The notes below the pieces were generated by a model. It worked only from the letters and a program-made list of their open reading frames with translations, was not told the DNA's origin and searched no databases. Position numbers and translations under genes: made by a program. Shown piece after piece: positions 46,643 to 55,977 of a DNA stretch of 64,000 nt. Source of the DNA: a virus (lineage: Duplodnaviria > Heunggongvirae > Uroviricota > Caudoviricetes); the IMG/VR virus record IMGVR_UViG_3300027608_000011, one strand, 5' to 3'. How positions within the stretch are numbered: position 1 is the first letter of the stretch; each line of letters begins with the position of its first letter.

Positions 46643-46967
46643 CTTTTCAATTGACGAACAGTACTTAACAGATGTACAGGTTGTTACCTACCCTAAATTT
46701 GTTTCTGATTCAGAGGATGACGAGTTTATCCGAGTACTAGCAGGAAATGTTGTTAGATGTATTGGTTCTAAAGATCACGACGAGTTTACTAAATTGCGTG
46801 AACAGTTAAAATTAGATGGTTTTATTGAAATTGAACGAAGTTGGTGGAACGGTGATAGAGTACTAAAGCCGTTTACATTAAATGGCGTAAAATTTAAAAA
46901 ACACGAAAAATTTGTTTGTGCAACTGCAATGAAGGGTCATTTAAAATTTGCAAGGAAATATGGCTGA
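46620..46967 (+). CDS. hypothetical protein (115 aa)
   Basis: ORF. Confidence 0.45.
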   Translation: MKKKILSDFSIDEQYLTDVQVVTYPKFVSDSEDDEFIRVLAGNVVRCIGSKDHDEFTKLREQLKLDGFIEIERSWWNGDRVLKPFTLNGVKFKKHEKFVCATAMKGHLKFARKYG

Positions 46968-47184
46968 CATATGGCCTACTAAGGATCAGGAAAAAGTTAT
47001 TATAGTCAATATACCCGATGATGGTATAGTGGGTATAATAACTAATCCATACTGGTGGCAGGAATACATGGACCAAGGACTTGAAACATGGTGCTTGGAT
47101 AATCATATTCAATTTACTGGAATGATATTGCATTTTCCAGATATAGAAACTGCAACAATGTTTAGGTTAACTTGGGGAAACTAA
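46948..47184 (+). CDS. hypothetical protein (78 aa)
   Basis: ORF. Confidence 0.4.
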   Translation: MQGNMADIWPTKDQEKVIIVNIPDDGIVGIITNPYWWQEYMDQGLETWCLDNHIQFTGMILHFPDIETATMFRLTWGN

Positions 47185-47185
47185 A

Positions 47186-47656
47186 ATGAAAAAGATTTAT
47201 TACGAAAAAGTCGGCCGAAGGTATGTGCCTGTTGCTGAATATGATAACGATCTGTTGGACAGCTTTACCAAAGGCAACCACTTGGTAATGTGCTATCCAG
47301 GCGGATCAAGCCGTAGGTTCAATATTGAGCCAGCGTATGCTCCTATGATTGCCGCTGGACGTGTGGCAGAAGATGCTATGAGTGCCGCAGTAGTTAAGGC
47401 CAGTGAAATGCGGCCTCGACGAACACCGATTACAGAAGGACAACGCAAGGCTTGGAAGAAACTGGCTAAAGAGTTTGGCGAAGAAGTGTATTATATTGAA
47501 CTTCCTAGTGCAAGAGAAATTGCAGAAGAAGGATTAAAGGCTATGGCAGAAGAAGCAGAGAAGCTACTGACAAATCCTGCGGTTAAAGAAGCTTACAATC
47601 ATTTCTTGTTTGTGTGTGCGTTAACGAAAGAAAAAGAAGAACATGTTAAGTCTTAA
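47186..47656 (+). CDS. hypothetical protein (156 aa)
   Basis: ORF. Confidence 0.5.
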   Translation: MKKIYYEKVGRRYVPVAEYDNDLLDSFTKGNHLVMCYPGGSSRRFNIEPAYAPMIAAGRVAEDAMSAAVVKASEMRPRRTPITEGQRKAWKKLAKEFGEEVYYIELPSAREIAEEGLKAMAEEAEKLLTNPAVKEAYNHFLFVCALTKEKEEHVKS

Positions 47657-47912
47657 TTTCAATATACGCAACCCATGGAGCGACCGTTTTGAAAACTTAT
47701 GGTGCCGTGGGTATGCTACACCATTTGATAACAAATTTATTGAACTAGAAGTTACTAGAGACTTCACTCTAGTATCATTTATGTTCGATTGGACTGTGCG
47801 GCAAAGCCATGCAGGTTTAAACATTGAACTAGGCCTATTTGGCTACTGTGTTCACTTTAACTTCTACGACAATCGGCATTGGAATTACGAAAAGAAAGCG
47901 TGGGAAATATAA
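47643..47912 (+). CDS. hypothetical protein (89 aa)
   Basis: ORF. Confidence 0.4.
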   Translation: MLSLNFNIRNPWSDRFENLWCRGYATPFDNKFIELEVTRDFTLVSFMFDWTVRQSHAGLNIELGLFGYCVHFNFYDNRHWNYEKKAWEI

Positions 47913-48997
47913 ATTTGTCTACTCTTGATTTATTTTCTCCTTGTAGCATTGGCTCAGTCAACTTAGATCATCGTGTGGTTATGAGTTCAATGACCCGACT
48001 TCGATGTGAAAACTATTTGCCCACAGATGATGTAGTAGCACATTATAGACAACGCAGTAGTCGTGGCGGATTAATCTTAACAGAATCTATAGCAGTTAAT
48101 CATGAAGGTGTTGCGTGGCCTCTTATGTCTGGCATATGGGATCTTGCACAAGTCAGCGCATGGAAGAATGTTACCAGAGCAGTACATTGTCAAGACGGAA
48201 AGATATTTGCACAATTATTTCATGCTGGTAGGATTTCTCACAGTTCAATATCTCCCGGGAATGTGCCGCCAAGCGCACCCAGCGCAATAAGGCCAGCTGG
48301 TTTAACTATAAATGCCTACGGACAAAAAGTACCGTATGAAATACCAACAGAAATGACATTGCCGGTAATTAATAGAACAATTAAATCATATGTTCAGGCC
48401 GCTAAAAATTGTGTTGCCGCAGAATTTGATGGCATTGAATTGCATTGTGGAGATGGGTTTTTACTGCAACAATTTATGAATAGTAAAACAAATTGCCGCA
48501 CTGACAAATATGGAGATCCGCTAGAGTTGATTAAAGAAATAATAACAAATATAAAGTCTGAAGTTAACATACCAATTGGAATTAAAATTACACCATTTAG
48601 TGTGCAGAATGATATTACACACGACAGCATTGAGTTGTATGAAAACTTATTAAGTAGTATCGATGGCATGATAAGCTATATAACAGTTGCAGATCCTAGA
48701 ATTAACGACGACAAAGACTTGGCCCGTGCCAATTTAGAACGCACAGTATCAATTGATGTGCCACTGCAATCAGTTATTGATATACTTAGGTCTGACTTTC
48801 ATGGCGTTATTATTGGTGTTGGTGGCTTTCAACCCGAATCAATTATTGAAACTAATGTAGACTTGATTGCATTTGGTAGATGGTTCACTTCAAACCCTTC
48901 ATTACCTGACAGGATCAAGAATAAAATGCCATTAACTATGTATGATACTTCAACATTTTATCGAGGCGGCAAGAATGGGTACACGACTTTTATGTAA
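47879..48997 (+). CDS. Old Yellow Enzyme family NAD(P)H:flavin oxidoreductase (start uncertain, possibly TTG at 47915)
   Basis: N-terminal LFSP..IGSVNLDHRVVMSSMTR, HAGR, and HCGDGFLLQQFMNS blocks typical of OYE/NemA. Confidence 0.75.
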   Translation: MELRKESVGNINLSTLDLFSPCSIGSVNLDHRVVMSSMTRLRCENYLPTDDVVAHYRQRSSRGGLILTESIAVNHEGVAWPLMSGIWDLAQVSAWKNVTRAVHCQDGKIFAQLFHAGRISHSSISPGNVPPSAPSAIRPAGLTINAYGQKVPYEIPTEMTLPVINRTIKSYVQAAKNCVAAEFDGIELHCGDGFLLQQFMNSKTNCRTDKYGDPLELIKEIITNIKSEVNIPIGIKITPFSVQNDITHDSIELYENLLSSIDGMISYITVADPRINDDKDLARANLERTVSIDVPLQSVIDILRSDFHGVIIGVGGFQPESIIETNVDLIAFGRWFTSNPSLPDRIKNKMPLTMYDTSTFYRGGKNGYTTFM

Positions 48998-49006
48998 ATA
49001 ATTGTT

Positions 49007-49837
49007 ATGTATAAAATTCTAATACTCCTAGCACTTTCTGTAAGTGCATACGCAAAACCAGTAGTACCAACAGTACCTGCTTCCCATGTATTATATGAAT
49101 ATGAGACCCACAGCTACTATGTTAAAGAAAATGTAGATCAGGTTAGGCCCATAGCTAGTATTACCAAATTGTTTACTGCAATTACTGTAATACGTAGTGG
49201 TGTAAACTTAGACGAAAAAGTTAAAGTACAAGGCAAAACATATGGCCATTTTCCACGTAACACAATGCCATCAAGAATCGATTTGTTACGTGCAGTAATG
49301 ATTAGTAGTGATAATCTTGCCGCCGAGAGTTTGGCCATGGCACATCCGGGCGGCTACGATCAGTTTTTAACTGATGTTAACTTGTATATAAAAAGTTTAA
49401 AATTAAAGAATACTGTGATTGTTGATCCTACCGGATTAGGCATTGGTAACGTAAGTACTGTGAATGATCTGATAGAAGTGTTAACTAATATAAAGAATAA
49501 TCCTGTAATTAAAAATATCAGTAACGAGAAACATGCAAAGATACAAGTTGCTAAAGGAAAGAAAACAATAACAATTAATCTTAATAATACAAACCCGCAG
49601 ATTTTCGTTTATAACAATATACTAATTTCTAAAACTGGATTTACAAATCCAGCTGGTAGATGCCTTGCACTTTTAATTGAAAAAAATGGTATACAATTTG
49701 CGGTGATTATATTAGGGCAAAAGGATGTACGAGCCAGAAGCAAAATAGTAGATATGCTAATGAGTGTCCCGGTACTACCACGTGAACCCGAGCCGCCATC
49801 GCCAGCAGTAGTTGTTGATTACAATATGTTTTTTTAA
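49007..49837 (+). CDS. secreted D-alanyl-D-alanine carboxypeptidase (S11 penicillin-binding-protein fold)
   Basis: signal peptide; SxxK (SITK), SxN (SSDN) and KTG (KTGFT) motifs in the correct order. Confidence 0.75.
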   Translation: MYKILILLALSVSAYAKPVVPTVPASHVLYEYETHSYYVKENVDQVRPIASITKLFTAITVIRSGVNLDEKVKVQGKTYGHFPRNTMPSRIDLLRAVMISSDNLAAESLAMAHPGGYDQFLTDVNLYIKSLKLKNTVIVDPTGLGIGNVSTVNDLIEVLTNIKNNPVIKNISNEKHAKIQVAKGKKTITINLNNTNPQIFVYNNILISKTGFTNPAGRCLALLIEKNGIQFAVIILGQKDVRARSKIVDMLMSVPVLPREPEPPSPAVVVDYNMFF

Positions 49838-49838
49838 A

Positions 49839-50630
49839 ATGGATAATATGAAAATTGGAATTATAGGAATGGGTATAGTAGGAGTGGCCATTGACCATTC
49901 TTATTTGTTTACTGACTGTGAAGTAGTAAGACGTGATCTTGCAAAAGGATATACCGCATCGTTTGCAGAGTTTGTAGACTGTGACGGCATATTTGTCTGT
50001 GTACCGACACCAATTGGAGAAGCAGGCCAGTGCAATACTAGTATACTGGCAGATGTACTGGAAGACTTGTATCAAGTAAATTACAAAGGGGTAATTATTA
50101 GTAAATGTACTGCACCTCCCGATGCATACGAGTATCTTATTAATCAATATCCAAATTTAGTACACAGCCCGGAGTTTTTAACAGAAGCTAATGCTAGAAA
50201 CGATTACATGACTGGTAACTTGTTAGTGTTAGGCGGCTCTGATTACTTTAATAACCTAGCTGAATCAGTAATAAAACAAGCAATTGCACCCCAGCAAGTG
50301 TTTAAAGTAGATATAAAAACAGCTAGTCTTTACAAGTATTTTTTAAACAGTTACTTGGCCCTTAAAGTAGTGGCTATGAACGAATTTTATCAACTGTCAA
50401 ATGCCAACAACGTTGATTGGGAAACAATTAAGGGTATGTTGAAACAAGATAGTAGAGTTGGATCCACACATTTAAATGTGCCAGGACCCGACGGCTTATT
50501 TGGATTTGGCGGAATGTGTTTCCCTAAAGATACTAGAGCATTACTATCGTTGGCCAAGTCACAAAATGTTGATCTGTCAGTGCTTGAATCCGCAGTATAT
50601 AAAAATATTAGCTTACGCAATCTTCTTTAG
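49839..50630 (+). CDS. NAD-binding nucleotide-sugar dehydrogenase-like protein (UDP-glucose 6-dehydrogenase family, short)
   Basis: MKIGIIGMGIVG Rossmann motif and FVCVPTP block. Confidence 0.5.
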   Translation: MDNMKIGIIGMGIVGVAIDHSYLFTDCEVVRRDLAKGYTASFAEFVDCDGIFVCVPTPIGEAGQCNTSILADVLEDLYQVNYKGVIISKCTAPPDAYEYLINQYPNLVHSPEFLTEANARNDYMTGNLLVLGGSDYFNNLAESVIKQAIAPQQVFKVDIKTASLYKYFLNSYLALKVVAMNEFYQLSNANNVDWETIKGMLKQDSRVGSTHLNVPGPDGLFGFGGMCFPKDTRALLSLAKSQNVDLSVLESAVYKNISLRNLL

Positions 50631-51197
50631 AAATTCGTTAACTGCTAATACGGTATCTTCATTGAGTAATATTTCAAAATGGTTGTATGGCAGTGAAATA
50701 CTATCCATGTGTTTGTGATGTTGCTGACTATCTATTCCTACTACACCGTCATTGGGTTTGTTAATCAACGGCACATGTCCTGTGGTTGAAACTATTTGTA
50801 ACCAAGGAATGTTAATAGTTTCTAATGCTTTTCTGCTTTCTGTTACAGGAGTAGAATTTACATAAATGTCTTTTAACATTTGATACTCCGGATAATACAA
50901 ACTTAGTTGGCCGGCCGCAACGCTACCATTAAATGGTGTACTAATTGTAACACAGGCTTTGATAGTTTCTGGATATGATTGATATAGTCTACTAGCATAC
51001 AGGCCGCCCATGCTGTGTGCTATAATAATAGCATCTTTTGAAACATCCCATTCTTCTTTTATTCTAATTAGATTTTTTTCAAATGGAATAGCTGTGTCAT
51101 ATGCTATAAAGGTTTTTTTACCTTTAATTTTTGGCGTCATGTAGTTCCAAATTGAAGGAGTACAGTTAGCACCGTGTATGAATACCAAATTTTGCAT
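50613..51197 (-). CDS. alpha/beta hydrolase (lipase/esterase-like)
   Basis: start trimmed to MQNLVFIHG; GxSxG nucleophile AHSMGG. Confidence 0.55.
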   Translation of the reverse strand: MQNLVFIHGANCTPSIWNYMTPKIKGKKTFIAYDTAIPFEKNLIRIKEEWDVSKDAIIIAHSMGGLYASRLYQSYPETIKACVTISTPFNGSVAAGQLSLYYPEYQMLKDIYVNSTPVTESRKALETINIPWLQIVSTTGHVPLINKPNDGVVGIDSQQHHKHMDSISLPYNHFEILLNEDTVLAVNEFLKKIA

Positions 51198-51198
51198 G

Positions 51199-51227
51199 TT
51201 GACAAGCCTATAAATAATAGTTATAAT
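51199..51227 (+). promoter_or_regulatory. sigma70-type promoter TTGACA-17-TATAAT
   Basis: abuts the divergent minus-strand start codon. Confidence 0.5.
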
Positions 51228-51237
51228 AGTACTTATC

Positions 51238-52002
51238 ATGTTCCCGTTAGACAAAATAACAACCCTTAAAGCGAAACTAAATTCGCATCCATTATTAACT
51301 AGTAAAATTATCAATAGCAGAGATGATCTTAGACATTTCATGGAATGTCATATATTTGCTGTATTTGATTTTATGAGTTTGATAAAAACATTGCAACGAC
51401 AAATTTGCCCTAGTAGAGATGTTTGGTTACCCAGTGACTTACAACGTAAAGCTGGCAGATTTGTTAATGAAATTATACTGGCAGAAGAAAGCGATGAAGA
51501 TGTAGTCACTGGCAAATACATTAGTCATTATGATATGTACGTTGAAGCAATGAGAGAAGTAGGAGCCAGTCCTGACCTTATTATAGGTTTTGAAACATTG
51601 GTAAGAGAGTTTGGAATAGAATGGAGTTTAGACAAAGGAGATATTCCTGAAAGTTGCTATAACTTTGTTCGCAGTACATTTGATTTTATTAATACTGACA
51701 AACCACATGTTGTGGCCGCGGCATTTTGTTTTGGTAGAGAGACAATTATCCCTGATATGTTTACTGGCATCCTTTCTAATTTAGGAATTGCTCAAACAGA
51801 GGCTCCGAGATTTTGGCATTATTTAAATCGACATATTGAAGTCGACGGCGGCGAACATGGGCCTGCTAGTATTAAACTTATTGAAACGTTATGTGACAAC
51901 GATCCTGTTAAAATTGCAGAAGCAGAACGTGCGGCATTAGAAGCAATATCTGCTCGTATACGATTCTGGGACGAAGTACACAAGGAAATTATATACCGAT
52001 GA
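51238..52002 (+). CDS. DUF3050-like (heme-oxygenase-fold) protein
   Basis: block HIFAVFDFMSLIKTLQ resembles the DUF3050 family; identification from memory. Confidence 0.45.
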   Translation: MFPLDKITTLKAKLNSHPLLTSKIINSRDDLRHFMECHIFAVFDFMSLIKTLQRQICPSRDVWLPSDLQRKAGRFVNEIILAEESDEDVVTGKYISHYDMYVEAMREVGASPDLIIGFETLVREFGIEWSLDKGDIPESCYNFVRSTFDFINTDKPHVVAAAFCFGRETIIPDMFTGILSNLGIAQTEAPRFWHYLNRHIEVDGGEHGPASIKLIETLCDNDPVKIAEAERAALEAISARIRFWDEVHKEIIYR

Positions 52003-52493
52003 AACAAAAATTTATAGAGTTATATATGGACTGGGCCAAACGTTGTGCCGAATTAAGCCATGCACGTAGACTTCACGTAGGGGCGGTTATTGTTAAAGAC
52101 GATACTGTTATCAGCTATGGCTACAATGGCATGCCGGCAGGGTGGGACAACAACTGCGAGGATGAGATCGGTCATGTGCTAGATGTTGACGAAAATGTTG
52201 TTGAAATTAGATTAAAAACTAAACCAGAGGTATTACATGCTGAATCAAATGCTATTGCAAAATTGGCGAAGTCTAACAACAGTGGTCTTGGGGCTGACTT
52301 ATTTGTTACTCACAGTCCTTGTCTCGAGTGTGCCAAGCTCATTTTTCAGTCAGGCATTAGTCGTGTTTTCTATAGTGAAAACTACAGAGATGATGCTGGA
52401 GTAAAGTTTCTTCGAACTAGCGGAGTTCAAGTCAAAGAGCTTGAATTAAATGACACAACTACAACTATTCTGGACAACAACGGACCCGTATAA
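51999..52493 (+). CDS. deoxycytidylate (dCMP) deaminase
   Basis: HAESNAI zinc-binding motif and SPCLECAKLI (PCxxC) motif. Confidence 0.85.
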   Translation: MKQKFIELYMDWAKRCAELSHARRLHVGAVIVKDDTVISYGYNGMPAGWDNNCEDEIGHVLDVDENVVEIRLKTKPEVLHAESNAIAKLAKSNNSGLGADLFVTHSPCLECAKLIFQSGISRVFYSENYRDDAGVKFLRTSGVQVKELELNDTTTTILDNNGPV

Positions 52494-52731
52494 TGCCGTT
52501 GCAGATTGGCAGACATGGTTAGACTCTAATGCCGGCAACCAAGGAAAAGATTGGGGATGGTATCAATGGGCCGTAGTTGCCGGCGACAGTGACGGCTACA
52601 GTGACGAACGAACAGTTATATCTATTTGGTTTATAGATTATACCACTGCTGTATTATTCAAACTAACTCATGATTGTGAATATTATTTTGGAGAAAATAA
52701 TATTGACACGGAGGTATATCATCGTATATAA
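52450..52731 (+). CDS. hypothetical protein (93 aa)
   Basis: ORF. Confidence 0.4.
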   Translation: MTQLQLFWTTTDPYNAVADWQTWLDSNAGNQGKDWGWYQWAVVAGDSDGYSDERTVISIWFIDYTTAVLFKLTHDCEYYFGENNIDTEVYHRI

Positions 52732-52739
52732 TAACACAT

Positions 52740-52940
52740 ATGAAAAAAATAAAATCTACATTAAAAAAATCTTGGACTGTAACGGTACAAGAAGACCCTG
52801 ATAATCCAGACGAGTTGATCATGCCTTTCCCAGAAGATATGTTAGACCAAGTTGGATGGGTGGTAGGTGACACGTTAGTATGGAACGTTCTGGCCTCTGG
52901 AGAAATTACAATTAGTAAAAAGGTAGAGACTAGCACATGA
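52740..52940 (+). CDS. hypothetical protein (66 aa)
   Basis: ORF; promoter-like TTGACA-17-TATATAAT at 52707. Confidence 0.4.
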   Translation: MKKIKSTLKKSWTVTVQEDPDNPDELIMPFPEDMLDQVGWVVGDTLVWNVLASGEITISKKVETST

Positions 52941-53509
52941 AACGCCATGTTATGATCGACTTAGAAACATTGGGTACCACGCCGGATAGTGTAATACTAA
53001 CGTTGGGTGCTATTAAGTTTGATCCATGGGATGATTCTAGTACGTTAACAAATGCAGAAAATATTAAAATGGACTGCTTTTATCAACGTATTGATCCGTC
53101 GTCGTTTCCTGAGTCAAGTACGATTGATGAAGGTACACTTAAATGGTGGGCTAGTCAGAATGAAGATGTAAGGCAAGAAGCGTTTGCAGAAGACAACAGA
53201 TATCCCATCAGGACTACACTAACAGATTTTTACAAATGGCTTGGTACGTTTGATTGTGTATGGAGTAACGGTGCAACATTCGACATTGTTATGTTAGAAT
53301 GGAGTTACCGAGCACACGAAAAGGCTGTTCCATGGAAATATTGGCAAGCTAGAGACACACGAACAGTATTTGGATTTGTTAAAAATCACAGAGACTTTAT
53401 GCCAGAACAGGCATCTAGTATGAAACATCATGCGCTATGGGATTGTTGGGTACAATTAGTAACCGTACAAAACATTATCCGTAGTTTAAATATTCCGAAG
53501 CCGGAGTAA
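52937..53509 (+). CDS. DEDDh-family 3'-5' exonuclease (RNase T / oligoribonuclease-like)
   Basis: Exo I motif MIDLETLG and C-terminal HHALWD (Exo III). Confidence 0.7.
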   Translation: MKRHVMIDLETLGTTPDSVILTLGAIKFDPWDDSSTLTNAENIKMDCFYQRIDPSSFPESSTIDEGTLKWWASQNEDVRQEAFAEDNRYPIRTTLTDFYKWLGTFDCVWSNGATFDIVMLEWSYRAHEKAVPWKYWQARDTRTVFGFVKNHRDFMPEQASSMKHHALWDCWVQLVTVQNIIRSLNIPKPE

Positions 53510-53583
53510 ATATGACAGAGGACTTCAGGCATTCATCCCTCTTTAAAAATTCTGCATGTCATTGTTCATAAAGGAAAACAACA

Positions 53584-54090
53584 ATGGCGAAATATATATC
53601 AACAAAAACGTACCGACAGATTGGTCCCGTAGCATACAGGCAATGGAGAGCCGATAGTCACTGTAATTTAATACATGGGTATGCACTTAGCTTTCACTTT
53701 GAATTTGAATGTGACACGCTAGATGCAAGGAACTGGTGTATGGATTTTGGTGGACTTAAAGATCTAAAACACAACCTCGAAGATTGGTTTGATCATACTC
53801 TACTAGTAGCGCAAGATGACCCCCAGCGAGAACATTTACTTAATTTAGGTAAACTAGGACTTGCAAAAATCACAGAAGTTGAAAAAACAGGATGTGAGGG
53901 CATTGCCGCGTTTCTATATGAATATGTAAATACTATCTACTTGCCGATGTATGGTAAGACTGAGGCAGAGAGAATCTGGTGTTGTAAAGTTGAAGTTCGT
54001 GAAACGGACTCAAATATGGCTATGAGAATTGGCCATAGAGATGACAATGAGTTTGTAGAATTAGAAAAACCCAAACTCGTGTCAATTTAA
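53584..54090 (+). CDS. queD: 6-carboxy-5,6,7,8-tetrahydropterin synthase (QueD / PTPS family)
   Basis: 168 aa; conserved Cys...HGY block (DSHCNLIHGYALSFHFEFE). Confidence 0.65.
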   Translation: MAKYISTKTYRQIGPVAYRQWRADSHCNLIHGYALSFHFEFECDTLDARNWCMDFGGLKDLKHNLEDWFDHTLLVAQDDPQREHLLNLGKLGLAKITEVEKTGCEGIAAFLYEYVNTIYLPMYGKTEAERIWCCKVEVRETDSNMAMRIGHRDDNEFVELEKPKLVSI

Positions 54091-54100
54091 AGGAAATCTC

Positions 54101-54730
54101 ATGTTAGATAAAATATTGAACGGTGTAGACCGTGCATTAGCTTATAAGTTAATGTTAGCTCACATTGTTATTATTGCCATCAGTAATTACATTGTACAGT
54201 TTAAGTTTGACCTTGGTGGACACCCTATTGCTTGGGCGGCACTAACCTTCCCGTTAGTAGTTGTGTTAACTGACTTAACTGTGCGTTTGCTAGGAAAGCA
54301 AACTGGCCGTGCAGTAATTACACTAGCCTTTATTCCTGCTATTATTGCTTCGATGTTAGTAGTTAAATTAGGTGGCGCTCCGGACAGCGTAGCATTTAGA
54401 ATTGGTTTGGGTTCTGGTATGGCTTACCTTATTAGTAATCTACTAGATGTATATGTGTTCCAATACATTCGAGAAAAATTTACTGCATGGTGGTACGCTC
54501 CAACAATCAGCGCAATTGTTAGTACATTTATTGACACTTATGTATTCTTTGGTACTGCCTTCGCAGGTGGCGCAAATGAATTCATGGCCGCTAATTGGTT
54601 TACTGTTGCAACAAATAATAGTTTAAGTAAAATTGTTATTAGTCTAGTAGTTATTTTACCAGCATATGGTGTTCTACTTACTCATTTGCAAAAGAAAATT
54701 GCCAGCGAATCTGCCAATGAAAGTGAGTAA
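54101..54730 (+). CDS. yhhQ: queuosine-precursor transporter (YhhQ / DUF165)
   Basis: colinear with E. coli YhhQ: ISNYIVQ, VLTDLTVR, PAYGVLLT versus SSNYLVQ, LATDLTVR, PMYGVLLN. Confidence 0.85.
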   Translation: MLDKILNGVDRALAYKLMLAHIVIIAISNYIVQFKFDLGGHPIAWAALTFPLVVVLTDLTVRLLGKQTGRAVITLAFIPAIIASMLVVKLGGAPDSVAFRIGLGSGMAYLISNLLDVYVFQYIREKFTAWWYAPTISAIVSTFIDTYVFFGTAFAGGANEFMAANWFTVATNNSLSKIVISLVVILPAYGVLLTHLQKKIASESANESE

Positions 54731-55013
54731 TTTCACCAGTATTACTTCTGCTAGAAGTGTACATGATTTGCCGTTTAAGCATTGCTTGGGCGGCAATTCA
54801 ATTGGTCTTATAACCATTGAATGGTGCAAGACACATACAATAGGCCCATGGGCCTATTGGTTTGACATGTCGGAATGTTTAGATGATTGGGATCAAGTAA
54901 ATCAAATTGCTTATATCGGATTCAGTTCAGCCAATGATTTATTTTTATTTAATTTATCAGCGCCCGACACGTGGTTAAAAAAACTAGATGCGGATCAATT
55001 TTGGCAATACTAG
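54717..55013 (+). CDS. hypothetical protein (98 aa)
   Basis: ATG overlapping the yhhQ stop. Confidence 0.4.
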   Translation: MKVSNFTSITSARSVHDLPFKHCLGGNSIGLITIEWCKTHTIGPWAYWFDMSECLDDWDQVNQIAYIGFSSANDLFLFNLSAPDTWLKKLDADQFWQY

Positions 55014-55027
55014 TACATGAGTTAAAG

Positions 55028-55231
55028 ATGGGAGATGTCCCTGACGGCTTTGAAATGATGTTACCATTGATATGGAATAACTTTTCAAAGGATAAAGAAC
55101 ATGATTTAAAAAATGCAACAATATCATGGAAAATTCATAACAACCATGACGCTTATCAAGTTGTAGTACAATTCATAGCGCATTTCCCGGACCAAAAAGA
55201 CGAGCTAATGTATAAGCTAAAATACACATAA
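55028..55231 (+). CDS. hypothetical protein (67 aa)
   Basis: internal ATG with SD GAGTTAAAG. Confidence 0.35.
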   Translation: MGDVPDGFEMMLPLIWNNFSKDKEHDLKNATISWKIHNNHDAYQVVVQFIAHFPDQKDELMYKLKYT

Positions 55232-55420
55232 TATGCTTAGAATAATCCCAGGACACAAAACCACTGATCAAGCCAAAACTAGATCAAACGTAGTTGACAT
55301 TAATAGTCGTATTAAGAAAAGTAACATCAAAGTCATTGAAAACAAAAAGACTGATGTACCTAAAAATAAGACTAAGTGAACACTAGATAAATAAAACTAC
55401 ATGTTAATGGAGGCACACAA

Positions 55421-55825
55421 ATGCTATCAAGAATCTCTACCTTTCTAAAAGGTGTTATAAGCGGTAAGACTGACGTTGCAGAGCAACCCCCTGTTCAAAC
55501 CAAAGAAGTACCATACAAAGTTGAACCTACTCCCGTAGTACAGCATGATATTATGACCGGAATGACTTATGTTGCGCCAGCCCTATCAGCGGTCGCACCA
55601 GTAGTTGATACAGCAGATATTGCCATTGCTCAACTTCCAGACCCGGTGGCTGTACCTGCAAAGAAACAGCCAGCACCTAAAAAAGCACCAGCGAAAAAAG
55701 CTCCAGCGATGAAGACGCCGACTAAAGTACAAACATTTACTAAAGCTAAACCTGTAAAAGTAAAACCTACAGGGGCACTAACCAAGCCTCCGGTAAAAAA
55801 AAGAGCTCCGAAGCCGTCCCAATAA
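55421..55825 (+). CDS. histone H1-like Lys/Ala/Pro-rich DNA-binding protein (zero-frame product)
   Basis: 134 aa; C-terminal PAKKQPAPKKAPAKKAPAMKTPTK repeats. Confidence 0.6.
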   Translation: MLSRISTFLKGVISGKTDVAEQPPVQTKEVPYKVEPTPVVQHDIMTGMTYVAPALSAVAPVVDTADIAIAQLPDPVAVPAKKQPAPKKAPAKKAPAMKTPTKVQTFTKAKPVKVKPTGALTKPPVKKRAPKPSQ

Positions 55826-55977
55826 AAGTTAACCCGATAGTAATTAAAGCTCGAGTTGATCCTTCAACATTAGAAGGCAAAACAAAAGCTGAATTACTAT
55901 CGTTGGCCAAGTCTAAAGGTATTAGGGTTAATTCTCGTATGGGAAAACCTGCATTGATTAAACGTATAATTGGATGA
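55795..55977 (+). other. candidate -1 programmed frameshift site A_AAA_AAA plus -1-frame extension encoding an HeH/Rho-N-like motif
   Basis: slippery heptamer in the correct X_XXY_YYZ phase at 55795-55801; the -1 frame is open from 55750 to 55977, has no start codon before a late ATG, and encodes TKAELLSLAKSKGIRVNSRMGKPALIKRI. Confidence 0.5.
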
